NCBI GenBank assembly: GCA_964589575.1
Contig: CAZPSE010000004.1
Coordinates: 4,075 to 68,074, forward strand
Length of the DNA stretch: 64,000 bases
Reading direction: 5' to 3'
Source: an uncultured Gammaproteobacteria bacterium
GTDB lineage: Bacteria; Pseudomonadota; Gammaproteobacteria; QNFE01; CAZPSE01
The notes below the pieces were generated by a model. It was not told the DNA's origin and did not search any database. It was given only the letters and a program-made list of their open reading frames with translations. This document shows, in pieces, positions 52,194 to 63,159 of the stretch. Positions within the stretch are counted from its first letter, which is position 1. Each line of letters begins with the position of its first letter. The position numbers and the translations under genes were made by a program.

Positions 52194-53729
52194 ATGCCTT
52201 ACGCCAAGGTTTTTACCCGTGCTATAAAAGCGATGGACGCACCACAGGTAGAGGTGGAGGTACATATATCGGGCGGTTTACCGGGTTTGTCTATTGTTGG
52301 TTTGCCAGAGGCTGCTGTAAAAGAAAGCAAAGACCGTGTACGTGCGGCCATTTTAAATTCTCATTTCGAGTTCCCAGCCGCCAGAATCACCATTAATTTA
52401 GCCCCTGCAGATTTACCCAAACAAGGCGGACGGTACGATTTGCCCATAGCAATAGGTATATTAATTGCCAGCGGTCAGTTACAGGGCGACAAAATAGAGC
52501 AGTACGAACTATTGGGCGAGCTGTCTTTAACGGGCGATTGCCGTTTTGTACCGGGGGTTATATCTGCCATTATGGCGGCCAGTGATAATAAAAAAACTGC
52601 TATTGTGCCAAAAAGTAATGAGCAAGAAGCGGCGTTAATGGACGATAGCGAAACCTTATTGGCGCAATCATTATTGGGTGTTTGTGCATTTTTAAATGGT
52701 GATGGTAAATTGGCCAGTGCAGAGCCTTTTTTGCATGGTGAGGCAGAAACTTGCCATTTAGACTTTGCCGATGTAAAAGGGCAAAGCCGAGTAAAACGCG
52801 CCTTAGAGGTGGTAGCGTCGGGCGGGCATCATTGCCTTATGGTGGGTGCGCCCGGTAGCGGCAAATCTATGTTGGCGAGTCGGTTACCGTCTATTTTACA
52901 ACCGCTTACGTCTAAAGAGGCGATAGAAACGGCCGCTGTTTATTCAATAAGTGACGTGGTTGGTGGCGCAAGTAAACAAAGTAATGACCAAGGGGTCGAC
53001 GTTTTAGGCATAAAAACCCGTCCTTTTAGAAGCCCGCATCACACCATTTCGTCTGCCGCTTTGGTGGGTGGCAGTTCTATCCCAACCCCTGGGGAAATAT
53101 CGCTTGCCCATAATGGCGTTTTGTTTTTAGATGAGTTGCCCGAGTTTGACAGAAAAGTATTGGAAGTATTGCGCGAGCCGTTAGAAAGTAAAAAAGTTAC
53201 CGTGTCACGCGCCAGCCAAAAGGCAGAGTTTCCTGCCAAGTTTCAGCTTATTGCCGCTATGAACCCTTGCCCCTGCGGATTTTTAGGCGACGCTAAAAAA
53301 GCCTGTAAATGTACGCCGCAACAAGTGGATAGGTACCGCGCAAAACTGTCTGGCCCTTTTTTAGACCGCATAGACGTGCAAATAGAAGTACCGCGAGTAC
53401 CAACAGAAGAATTAAAAAATGCGACACCATCTGACGCATCTAAAAAAATTAAACAACGGGTAAAAATAACGCAAGCTAAACAGTTGGCAAGGCAAAATAA
53501 ATTAAATACCGACTTAACGCCTAAAGAAGTCGAACAATATTGTGCTATTGATGAAATGGCAGAAAAAATGTTATTCATCGCGATGGAAAAGTTTGCCTTG
53601 TCTACCCGTGTATACCATCGCTTATTAAAAGTATCGCGCACTATTGCAGACATGGACAATTGCGACAACATTAACGCCACCCATATTAGCGAAGCGTTAA
53701 GTTACCGTTTTTTTGACCGCCAAGGTTAA
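52194..53729 (+). CDS. comM: ComM/YifB Mg-chelatase-like AAA+ ATPase
   Basis: NLAPADLPKQG, GAPGSGKS, RPFRSPHH, LFLDELPEF, AMNPCPCG motifs. Confidence 0.93.
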   Translation: MPYAKVFTRAIKAMDAPQVEVEVHISGGLPGLSIVGLPEAAVKESKDRVRAAILNSHFEFPAARITINLAPADLPKQGGRYDLPIAIGILIASGQLQGDKIEQYELLGELSLTGDCRFVPGVISAIMAASDNKKTAIVPKSNEQEAALMDDSETLLAQSLLGVCAFLNGDGKLASAEPFLHGEAETCHLDFADVKGQSRVKRALEVVASGGHHCLMVGAPGSGKSMLASRLPSILQPLTSKEAIETAAVYSISDVVGGASKQSNDQGVDVLGIKTRPFRSPHHTISSAALVGGSSIPTPGEISLAHNGVLFLDELPEFDRKVLEVLREPLESKKVTVSRASQKAEFPAKFQLIAAMNPCPCGFLGDAKKACKCTPQQVDRYRAKLSGPFLDRIDVQIEVPRVPTEELKNATPSDASKKIKQRVKITQAKQLARQNKLNTDLTPKEVEQYCAIDEMAEKMLFIAMEKFALSTRVYHRLLKVSRTIADMDNCDNINATHISEALSYRFFDRQG

Positions 53730-53735
53730 AAGTTT

Positions 53736-54962
53736 TTGTCTGATAGTTACACACCACATGCGGTTGTTAATGATTTTTTAAATCAATGGTTGCCACAAAT
53801 ATCGGGCAAAAATCAAACCTACCAATATTGTTTAAAACATTTTAAGCCAAACACACTTTACAACGTGGTGGCTATTGGCAAAGCCAGCGTAGCGATGACG
53901 GTGGGTTTGTTAGGCTATTTAAACAAACCGCCCAAGCAATTATTGTGCATTAGCAAAACCAATCATTTAAATGATGAACTGCAAGCGAAGTTAAAAAATC
54001 ACCCCGAATGGCATTACCTAGAAGCTGCACACCCAGTAATAGAGCAAAGCAGTTTGCATGCAGGTGATAGCTTAATTACTTTTTTAGAATCGTTAGATAA
54101 AAACATTCCGTTATTGTTTTTAATTTCGGGTGGGTCATCCGCCTTGGTAGAAAAGTTGCCGATGGGCATAACGTTAGACTTTTTAAAAACACTCAACCAA
54201 TACTTGTTGGCATCGGGCTTGGCAATTAATGAAATTAACCAAGTAAGAAAGCGTTTTTCATTAATTAAAGACGGGCGATTGCTGTCGTATATCAACAGTA
54301 ACAACGTAGACGCTTTGTATTTGTCTGACGTGGCTGGCAATGATATTAGTATTATTGGTTCTGGTTTGTTGGCAAAAAGCGACTATACAAAAACGGTGGT
54401 TTTGCCCAAACAGTTTAATATTGCCTTGCCTAATTTTAAGCGTAAAACGATGCTTACAAACAAAGTTAACCATCATATTGTTTTTGATTTAGAGCGCGCA
54501 TTAAAACTGGCAAGTAAGATATTAAGCAATAAAAAGGTCTACCGTCATAAAACATTATTGTTTAAAACCGTGCAACACACACAAGAAATAGTTAGCGAAG
54601 TAATAACAAAGCAACCCGAGTTTGATGTATATATTTTTGGAAGTGAAGCCACCATTGCTTTACCAAAAAATGCAGAAAAGGGTGGGCGAAACCAACATTT
54701 GGCATTAAGTTTTGCAGAACATTTACCCGTAAAAGGGGAGTACGTGTTTGTATCTATAGGTACCGACGGTACAGATGGAGACACGCCTTTAGCCGGCGCG
54801 TGGGTAGATAAACGGGTTGTGCCATACACTGCCAAAATTAAAGACGCTTTAAAAAAAGCCAACAGTTTTGCGCTGGTAAATAAACTGGGGCTTGGCATAC
54901 ATACAGGGGCAACGGGTTGTAATGTTATGGATGTTATTATGGTTTTTAAAATTGAAGAATAG
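53736..54962 (+). CDS. Glycerate 2-kinase family (DUF4147/MOFRL)
   Basis: IGKAS, LISGGSSAL, SDV.G.D.S.IGSG, GGRNQHLAL, GTDGTDG motifs. Confidence 0.85.
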   Translation: MSDSYTPHAVVNDFLNQWLPQISGKNQTYQYCLKHFKPNTLYNVVAIGKASVAMTVGLLGYLNKPPKQLLCISKTNHLNDELQAKLKNHPEWHYLEAAHPVIEQSSLHAGDSLITFLESLDKNIPLLFLISGGSSALVEKLPMGITLDFLKTLNQYLLASGLAINEINQVRKRFSLIKDGRLLSYINSNNVDALYLSDVAGNDISIIGSGLLAKSDYTKTVVLPKQFNIALPNFKRKTMLTNKVNHHIVFDLERALKLASKILSNKKVYRHKTLLFKTVQHTQEIVSEVITKQPEFDVYIFGSEATIALPKNAEKGGRNQHLALSFAEHLPVKGEYVFVSIGTDGTDGDTPLAGAWVDKRVVPYTAKIKDALKKANSFALVNKLGLGIHTGATGCNVMDVIMVFKIEE

Positions 54963-55020
54963 AACTTGTTATTAGGACGGCAGTCCGAGTATTATTGCTA
55001 AAACAAAACAGGACAAATTT

Positions 55021-55455
55021 ATGAGTGAAGCCAGTCAATTTGAAGCCCAATATAAAGGCAACTTTAAAGGGGTAATGCGCTGGCCGCAATTAGACGATTT
55101 GTGGCAAGTGGTAAAAAGCAAATCTGATGATAATTGGTATATTTACGCGGTAGGCGAAACACCGCCAACACAACAGTCTAGCGCCGAAAAACTGCATGAT
55201 TTTTTAGACAAGCTAACGGGCTTGCTTAAAAATGACCATGGCGAAGATTATTGCGGTGTGGTGTATGCCGATGATGTAAATAATCCATCTATAATTAAAG
55301 TGTTTGACCCAAACAACTTAGGCGCATCTTGCGGTAGCTGTGGTATGCAAGTGTTTCCTGGTTGGATTTTGTCTAAAACAAAACCCGATGATTTGCATGT
55401 TATGATGCCACCTCCTAATGGTAGACGACGCTGGTGGAGTAAAATATTTTCGTGA
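55021..55455 (+). CDS. Conserved-looking hypothetical protein
   Basis: EDYCGVVYADD, FDPNNLGASCGS motifs; no function assigned. Confidence 0.75.
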   Translation: MSEASQFEAQYKGNFKGVMRWPQLDDLWQVVKSKSDDNWYIYAVGETPPTQQSSAEKLHDFLDKLTGLLKNDHGEDYCGVVYADDVNNPSIIKVFDPNNLGASCGSCGMQVFPGWILSKTKPDDLHVMMPPPNGRRRWWSKIFS

Positions 55456-55982
55456 TAAAAAAATTAAGCTTAATTTTATGTTTAATACTAAGCGGTAAAA
55501 CGTTTGCAATTAATTACGTTATTGAACCAAATAGTATTATAAAACAAGCCAATGAAAACACATGGGCAGTGGTTTTAAACGACATTTTTAATGACCAAAC
55601 AGCTGCCAATATGGTGCTGTTAGCCATAGATTCTGGACAGCAAGATTGGTTGGACTTAGCATTGATAATGCTAAAAAAAAGCAACAATGCAAGAACCCAA
55701 AAAATGCTGGTAATGTCTTTAGGTGAAGCGCTCCAATGGCAACCTAAACGTGTGCTAACACAGGTTAGCAAATACGTACCAATTAGCAACTTATGCTCTG
55801 TAGAAGGTGTTTACGAATGGCGATTAATGTCAAAGTTTTTGGCCGTAGAGGCACTTACTAGGCGTTTAAATGCAGTACAAACGTTAAATGATTTTAAGCA
55901 AGCCAAACTTAAACAACAATGTATAAATGCTTTACAGAGTGGTTTGAAAACCGTTAATCAACAGCTAAGCAATACGCCATAG
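55452..55982 (+). CDS. Hypothetical secreted protein
   Basis: Signal peptide; overlaps the upstream stop (GTGA). Confidence 0.65.
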   Translation: MIKKLSLILCLILSGKTFAINYVIEPNSIIKQANENTWAVVLNDIFNDQTAANMVLLAIDSGQQDWLDLALIMLKKSNNARTQKMLVMSLGEALQWQPKRVLTQVSKYVPISNLCSVEGVYEWRLMSKFLAVEALTRRLNAVQTLNDFKQAKLKQQCINALQSGLKTVNQQLSNTP

Positions 55983-56317
55983 CAGCTTATAAACGGGCAC
56001 AAGTAATAAATAGAGGCACTTATTACTTAAAAGGCATAAGTAGCATGCCTTTTTGTTTGTTTATCGTGTTGGGGTTAGGTCAGCCTTTAATGCTAATATG
56101 CATGTTCTTTTGCTCTATATTTGGCATCAGCTTTATAGGCAGTGCTACATAAGTTTAGTGGATTAGGTCTTTCTTAATAGTTAATGTTCGAAGCATAAAC
56201 CTGTATTTTTGATCGCTACTTTCCCCTTTTAAACCGTGCATTTAAGAGTAGAAAAAGGTAAAATTCGCCTCTTATTAATATTTCGTTAATGACGACATAA
56301 TGGCTTTTGGAGCGAAA

Positions 56318-58033
56318 GTGGATTTATCTGGTGGTGAGATTCTTATAGAATCTTTAAAACAAGAAGGCGTGAAACATATATTTGGTTACCCCGGTGGTGC
56401 AGTATTGCATATTTATGATGCATTGTATCGCAGTGAAGGTATCGAGCATATATTGGTTAGGCATGAACAAGGTGCAACCCACGCAGCAGATGGATATGCA
56501 CGTTCTACAGGTAAAGCAGGTGTGGTATTAGTAACGTCTGGCCCTGGGGCTACTAACGCCGTTACCGGTATTGCCACAGCCTATATGGACTCTATCCCAA
56601 TGGTGATTGTTACCGGCCAAGTGCCTGCGGCGTTAATTGGCACGGATGCTTTTCAAGAAGTAGACATGGTGGGTATTACTCGCCCATGTGTTAAACACAA
56701 TTTTTTAGTAAAAAGTTTAGAAACACTTGCCGAAACCATTAAAAAAGCTTTTTATGTTGCACAGTCTGGCAGGCCTGGGCCTGTGGTTATTGATATTCCT
56801 AAAAACTTGACAGACCCTTCAATTAAAATACCGTTTAACTATCCAACTGGTGTGAGCATGCGTTCATACAATCCGGTAGTAGAAGGGCATATTGGGCAAA
56901 TTAAAAAAGCAGCGCAATTATTATTAGCTGCTAAAAGACCTGTAATTTATGCGGGTGGCGGTGTAATACTTGCTAAAGCACATCAACAGTTAAGAGACTT
57001 TGTAGACTATTTAGGCTATCCGGTTACCGAAACACTAATGGCATTAGGTTCCTACCCTGGTACTGCAGAAAAAAACATTGGTATGTTAGGTATGCATGGT
57101 ACTTATGAGGCCAATATGGCAATGCATGAGTGCGATGTTTTAATTTCACTCGGTGCACGTTTTGACGATCGAATAACGGGCGATGTTAAAAAGTTTTGTC
57201 CAGATGCAACCATAATTCATGTAGATATTGACCCTGCATCAATATCTAAAACGGTTCGTGTAGATTTGCCAATAGTGGGTGATGCTAAACAAGTTTTAAT
57301 TAGCATGATTGACGCGTTAAAAGAATTAACCGTAAAACCAGACCAGCAAGAATTAGAAAAATGGTGGGCACAAATTAATGAATGGCGTAAAGAAGACAGC
57401 CTTCAATACAACCGTGAAAGTGAAACCATTAAACCTCAGTTTGTTTTAGAAACGTTATCAAAATTAACAAAAGGTGATTTGTACTTAACGTCAGACGTTG
57501 GTCAGCACCAAATGTTTGCGGCCCAATTTGTAAAATTTAATGAGCCAAACCATTGGATTAATTCGGGTGGTTTAGGAACAATGGGTTTTGGTTTGCCCGC
57601 GGCAATGGGCGTTAAATTAGCGCACCCAGATGAAACCGTTTTTTGTGTAACGGGTGAAGCCAGCATACAAATGTGTTTGCAAGAACTGTCTACTTGTTTG
57701 CAGTATGATTTGCCCGTAATTATTATCAACCTAAATAATGGTTTTATGGGCATGGTACGCCAGTGGCAAGAAATGTTTTATGACAAACGTTATTCTCATT
57801 CTTACTTTGATGCCCTGCCCGATTTTGTCGGTTTAGCCGAAGCTTATGGCCATACCGGTATGAAAGTTACTAAAACGTCAGAAGTGGAAGGCGCGCTTAA
57901 AAAAGCCATGACAATAAAAGATAAAGTCGTCTTTATCGACTTTATTACCGACCCAGAAGAAAATGTATACCCGATGATAAAAGCCGGTCAAGGGCATCAT
58001 GAAATGCACTTGAGAAAGCGAGGGAGCAAATAA
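56318..58033 (+). CDS. ilvI: Acetolactate synthase large subunit
   Basis: FGYPGGAV, RHEQGA, GDA/NNG region; GTG 56318 after GGAG preferred over ATG 56300. Confidence 0.95.
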   Translation: MDLSGGEILIESLKQEGVKHIFGYPGGAVLHIYDALYRSEGIEHILVRHEQGATHAADGYARSTGKAGVVLVTSGPGATNAVTGIATAYMDSIPMVIVTGQVPAALIGTDAFQEVDMVGITRPCVKHNFLVKSLETLAETIKKAFYVAQSGRPGPVVIDIPKNLTDPSIKIPFNYPTGVSMRSYNPVVEGHIGQIKKAAQLLLAAKRPVIYAGGGVILAKAHQQLRDFVDYLGYPVTETLMALGSYPGTAEKNIGMLGMHGTYEANMAMHECDVLISLGARFDDRITGDVKKFCPDATIIHVDIDPASISKTVRVDLPIVGDAKQVLISMIDALKELTVKPDQQELEKWWAQINEWRKEDSLQYNRESETIKPQFVLETLSKLTKGDLYLTSDVGQHQMFAAQFVKFNEPNHWINSGGLGTMGFGLPAAMGVKLAHPDETVFCVTGEASIQMCLQELSTCLQYDLPVIIINLNNGFMGMVRQWQEMFYDKRYSHSYFDALPDFVGLAEAYGHTGMKVTKTSEVEGALKKAMTIKDKVVFIDFITDPEENVYPMIKAGQGHHEMHLRKRGSK

Positions 58034-58034
58034 T

Positions 58035-58526
58035 ATGCGCCACATTATTTCTATTTTAATCGAGAATGAATCAGGTGCTTTATCTTGGGTTGCCGGTTTG
58101 TTTTCTGCACGTGGTTACAACATCGAATCTTTAACGGTTGCACCAACTAACGATAGCAGTTTGTCACGCATGACAATTGTGACCAAAGGTTCAGAAGCGG
58201 TTATCGAGCAAATTACCAAACAGCTAAATAAATTGGTAGATGTTATTCACTTAGTCGAACTAACGCGTTTGCAACACATAGAACGTGAAATGATGATGAT
58301 TAAAGTTAGTGCCATTGGGCCGTGTCGTGAAGAAGTAAAACGATTAAGCGACATTTTTAGAGCAAAAATAATCGACGTAACCAGTAACAGCTATATTATA
58401 GAACTGACTGGCGAATCAACAAAATTAGATGCATTTGTTAATGCTATCGGTGACGAAAACATTGTAGAAGTAGTTAGAACCGGTGTTTCTGGCATTTCAC
58501 GTGGCGAACGCGCCCTAAAAAATTAA
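58035..58526 (+). CDS. ilvH: Acetolactate synthase small subunit
   Basis: ACT domain ENESGALS, GYNIESL, QLNKLVDV motifs. Confidence 0.95.
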   Translation: MRHIISILIENESGALSWVAGLFSARGYNIESLTVAPTNDSSLSRMTIVTKGSEAVIEQITKQLNKLVDVIHLVELTRLQHIEREMMMIKVSAIGPCREEVKRLSDIFRAKIIDVTSNSYIIELTGESTKLDAFVNAIGDENIVEVVRTGVSGISRGERALKN

Positions 58527-58569
58527 GATTAAAATTATTAAAGAGACATCTCTTTACACTATAAATTAA

Positions 58570-59595
<1,026 letters not shown>

Positions 59596-59617
59596 TTAGT
59601 TGTTCGTTGCTAAGTTT

Positions 59618-59649
59618 AAAATAGCCATCTAAACAATGGCTATTTTTTT
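59618..59649 (+). terminator. Terminator after ilvC
   Basis: AAAATAGCCAT...ATGGCTATTTTTTT. Confidence 0.7.
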
Positions 59650-59688
59650 GTCTAATATAAAATATATAAACCGTAAAAGTAAAATTTA

Positions 59689-60291
59689 ATGATTACACCA
59701 ATCAAAGAACTTAGAACGTCGTTTTTTATTTCTTTTTTGTTATTGTTTTTTTATAGTTTTTACTCGCTTAGTGTCTGGGTAATAATAAGCTGGTTAACGT
59801 GGTTCATATTTTTAGGGTTATTTAAATCAAAATCTCGTAATGTGCCGTCACACCCTTTAGCGGTTCTTAGCCCGGTAGATGGTGAACTGTTGTTTACACA
59901 AGCTGAAAAAGTGCCTTTTTTAAATATTCCAGGCATTCACTCTAGAATTAAAAAACCTTTTTATAGCGAACAGATGGTTTATTCACCTGTTGAAGGAACC
60001 GTTAAAGAGGTGTGGTTTCCACATTCAGAAATGGGTGATGGAAAATACAGTATATTAATTGAAACAGATGAGTCTGAATCCATTATTATACAGTTAGAAC
60101 GTACTGGTATTGGTTATACGCGATTTTTTGTTCAACCTGGACAACGGATTGGGCAAGGACGAAAAATTGGTTTTTGTGTATTTTGTCATCATGTAGATGT
60201 ATTTATCCCTGAAAATGCCATTATAGAAAGTCACTCTAAAAAAGTTTTAGCAGCAGAAGAAGTATTGGCAGAATTGATACATGAAAATTAA
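59689..60291 (+). CDS. psd: Phosphatidylserine decarboxylase homolog (short type), divergent
   Basis: VLSPVDG, SPVEG, GQRIGQG..IG..F..VDVFIP pattern; located between ilvC and pssA; catalytic GS motif absent. Confidence 0.65.
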   Translation: MITPIKELRTSFFISFLLLFFYSFYSLSVWVIISWLTWFIFLGLFKSKSRNVPSHPLAVLSPVDGELLFTQAEKVPFLNIPGIHSRIKKPFYSEQMVYSPVEGTVKEVWFPHSEMGDGKYSILIETDESESIIIQLERTGIGYTRFFVQPGQRIGQGRKIGFCVFCHHVDVFIPENAIIESHSKKVLAAEEVLAELIHEN

Positions 60292-60317
60292 TAAGACCTC
60301 TAAAAAATAGAAAGCCT

Positions 60318-61085
60318 ATGAATAAAAACACACCCCAATCAAAAGTTAAAAAAGGCATTTTTTTATTGCCTAACTTATTAACCACAACGGCTTTATTTGC
60401 CGGTTTTTTTGCCATAATTTCGGCAATGGAAGGGCGTTTTGAAACTGCCGCAATTTCTATTTTGGTTGCTATGATTTTTGATGGGTTAGATGGTCGCGTG
60501 GCAAGAATGACCAATACACAAAGTCAATTTGGTGCAGAATACGACAGCCTGTCAGACATGGTTTCTTTTGGTCTAGCGCCAGCATTAATAATGTATGAGT
60601 GGTCATTATCGCAAATGTCTACTTATGGCACAGCTTACGGTCGTTTGGGTTGGGTTGCTGCATTTTTATATACTGCCTGTGCAGCACTGCGTTTAGCCCG
60701 TTTTAATGTATCGGTTGGCACCGCAGACAAACGTTTTTTTCAAGGGCTTGCAAGCCCGGCAGCAGCTGCCATTATGGTGGTGTTTATTTGGGTAGGTGAC
60801 GATTTAGGTTATGCAGGTAAAAGCCTGTCTCTTTTGGCTTTAGGGGTCACCATTGTGGCGGGTTTATTAATGGTTAGTAACTTTTCTTATTACAGTTTTA
60901 AAGATTTTGGCTCAAATAAAAAAGTCCCCTTTGTGGCGATGATTATTTTGGTTCTATTTTTTGTTTTAACAACCATCGATCCATCTAAATTTTTATTGCT
61001 TATTTTTGTACTGTATGCCGCTTCTGGGCCAGTAACTTCACTTATCAGAAAAATACGAAAGTTAAAACGTGTCAAAGGTAATTAG
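60318..61085 (+). CDS. pssA: CDP-diacylglycerol-serine O-phosphatidyltransferase
   Basis: LLPNLLT, DGLDGRVAR..FGAEYDSLSD, LRLARFN motifs. Confidence 0.95.
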   Translation: MNKNTPQSKVKKGIFLLPNLLTTTALFAGFFAIISAMEGRFETAAISILVAMIFDGLDGRVARMTNTQSQFGAEYDSLSDMVSFGLAPALIMYEWSLSQMSTYGTAYGRLGWVAAFLYTACAALRLARFNVSVGTADKRFFQGLASPAAAAIMVVFIWVGDDLGYAGKSLSLLALGVTIVAGLLMVSNFSYYSFKDFGSNKKVPFVAMIILVLFFVLTTIDPSKFLLLIFVLYAASGPVTSLIRKIRKLKRVKGN

Positions 61086-61127
61086 CAGCGTTTTGAATGC
61101 AGTGACAAAAAAGTAGAGAATTAAAGT

Positions 61128-61976
61128 ATGAGCGTTTATGATTTACATTGTCATTCCACTTTTTCAGATGGTGTTTTGACTCCTGAAGAGCTTATAAAAC
61201 GAGCTAAAAAGCAAGGGGTCGACGTTTTAGCCCTTACAGATCACGATACGGTTACGGGTTTAAAAGAGGCTCAAGCTCAGGCAATTAAAAGTAACCTTAA
61301 ATTAATATCTGGTGTAGAAATTTCTGTAAGCTGGCAAGGTAAATTAATTCATATAGTTGCGTTGAATATAGATGCAAGCAATAAACAGTTACTTGAAGGG
61401 CTTCAATATAATCGTAACCTTCGTCGCGTACGAGCAGAAAAGATGGCGGTTAAATTAGAAAAGCTTGGTATAAAAAACGTACTCGAAAAGGTGACGCAAT
61501 ATGCTGGCGAAGCTGCTATTACACGCACACACTTTGCTAGGCTGTTGGTAGATTGCGGTTATGCCAAAACCATGAACGATGTTTTTAAAAAGTACATGGT
61601 ATCGGGCAAACCCGGTTTTGTAAAAATGCAATGGGTAGAAATGGAAACGGCACTCGGATGGATTAGAGAGGCTGGTGGGATTGCCGTTATTGCTCACCCA
61701 GGGCGATATAAAATGACTCGCTCATGGTTAATAAAGTTGATAGAAGATTTTAAACAATGGGGTGGTCAAGCTATCGAGGTTGCCTATAGCACTGCAAACA
61801 AAGATGAAGTTAAAAAGTTTACAGAACTTGCTTTAAAGTTTGAATTGCTTGCCTCATGCGGGTCTGATTTTCACGATCCTAAAATGCATTGGTTAGAACT
61901 TGGCATGCACAAAGCTTTACCTGTGGCCGTTAGCCCTGTTTGGGAAGATGATTCTTGGTCTAACGAACGTATTTAA
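61128..61976 (+). CDS. PHP domain phosphoesterase (YciV/TrpH-like)
   Basis: DLHCHST.SDG, LTDHD, AHP, GSDFH motifs. Confidence 0.92.
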   Translation: MSVYDLHCHSTFSDGVLTPEELIKRAKKQGVDVLALTDHDTVTGLKEAQAQAIKSNLKLISGVEISVSWQGKLIHIVALNIDASNKQLLEGLQYNRNLRRVRAEKMAVKLEKLGIKNVLEKVTQYAGEAAITRTHFARLLVDCGYAKTMNDVFKKYMVSGKPGFVKMQWVEMETALGWIREAGGIAVIAHPGRYKMTRSWLIKLIEDFKQWGGQAIEVAYSTANKDEVKKFTELALKFELLASCGSDFHDPKMHWLELGMHKALPVAVSPVWEDDSWSNERI

Positions 61977-63138
61977 TGTTCTTCTTCATTTCAACAAGCA
62001 GCGTCTTTTTAATGTCTTCTAATGCGGATTGTTTGTCGGTAACGACATTGCCTAACCAAGCGGCCATTTCTTTACGTTTACGTTCAAAGTAATGCAAAAT
62101 AAACTGTTCAGATGACAATAAAAAGTCGATGGCTTTTTCGGCATTAACCACTATAAAGGGGTTTTCAGCTACATCACGCGCTGCTGCTTCTTGTTGCTCA
62201 CAATATTTTACTAATAAAAAGAATATCATTTTTTTTGCATGTTCTGCATATTTAGATTTTGCTAGCTCTTCTGTTCCAGGGCCTACAAAAACATCTACAA
62301 CAGAATCAAGCCAGCGCGTTAATCTGTGTTCATCTATAGGCACTTCTAACTGTTTACGCATTTGGAAAAGATCATTCATTTGGTCTTGCATAGTGACTAC
62401 TTCTTCACTTTTGTGAGCGACCTTAGACCATAAACTTTTAAACTTTTCCATTTGGATAGCCAAGTCGCGTATTTGTTCATCTATGTTGGTAATTTCACCT
62501 TCGGTTTGTAATATTTTAAGTTTTAGATGGCGCATTTCGCATAAGTTTATTGCTAAACGAATTTTGTAATAACTGATTATGGTTTTGTGAACGGGTATAA
62601 GCTGTTTTTTTAATTGAGCCATTACTTTTTTTAATTTATCGCCAACTCCGCCTCCATGGCTGTAATTCTTTTTTATTACGGGTACATATTTAATGGCAAC
62701 AACGTATTCATCTCTTATTTCTGTCAACATATTATGTAACGTATCAGACAGTTTTAATAATTTAATTGGCGGAATTGTTTGGCACTTTTGTAGTTTATGA
62801 TCATTTGCTACTTTTTCAAGTAAGGCTACTTTTTCTACAAAATAGGTGGTTTGGTTAACTAAACGGTTTGACTTAATTTGTTCTACAATATCTGCAACAT
62901 CCTTACCCATCAGGTCTATATTGGCGTTGTAGTCTTTCAATCTGGCCATTTGTTTTGCCATATTGTAATCGTCTAAAAATCGCTTTTTGTCTTCTGGTAG
63001 GTGTTCTGCAAAATGTTCTGGAATGGAATCTGGTAATTTTTCTACGGGTATTTTACGCAAATTTTCTACATCAAAGGTCTGAAGCAACTTCATAAAAAGC
63101 TGAAGACTGATTGAAGGAAGTTTGCTAAAGTCGATCAT
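61960..63138 (-). CDS. Hypothetical helical/coiled-coil protein
   Basis: 392-aa ORF rich in K/E/Q/L; no family recognised. Confidence 0.75.
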   Translation of the reverse strand: MIDFSKLPSISLQLFMKLLQTFDVENLRKIPVEKLPDSIPEHFAEHLPEDKKRFLDDYNMAKQMARLKDYNANIDLMGKDVADIVEQIKSNRLVNQTTYFVEKVALLEKVANDHKLQKCQTIPPIKLLKLSDTLHNMLTEIRDEYVVAIKYVPVIKKNYSHGGGVGDKLKKVMAQLKKQLIPVHKTIISYYKIRLAINLCEMRHLKLKILQTEGEITNIDEQIRDLAIQMEKFKSLWSKVAHKSEEVVTMQDQMNDLFQMRKQLEVPIDEHRLTRWLDSVVDVFVGPGTEELAKSKYAEHAKKMIFFLLVKYCEQQEAAARDVAENPFIVVNAEKAIDFLLSSEQFILHYFERKRKEMAAWLGNVVTDKQSALEDIKKTLLVEMKKNIKYVR

Positions 63139-63159
63139 TTTTTACCTTACAAGTAATTA

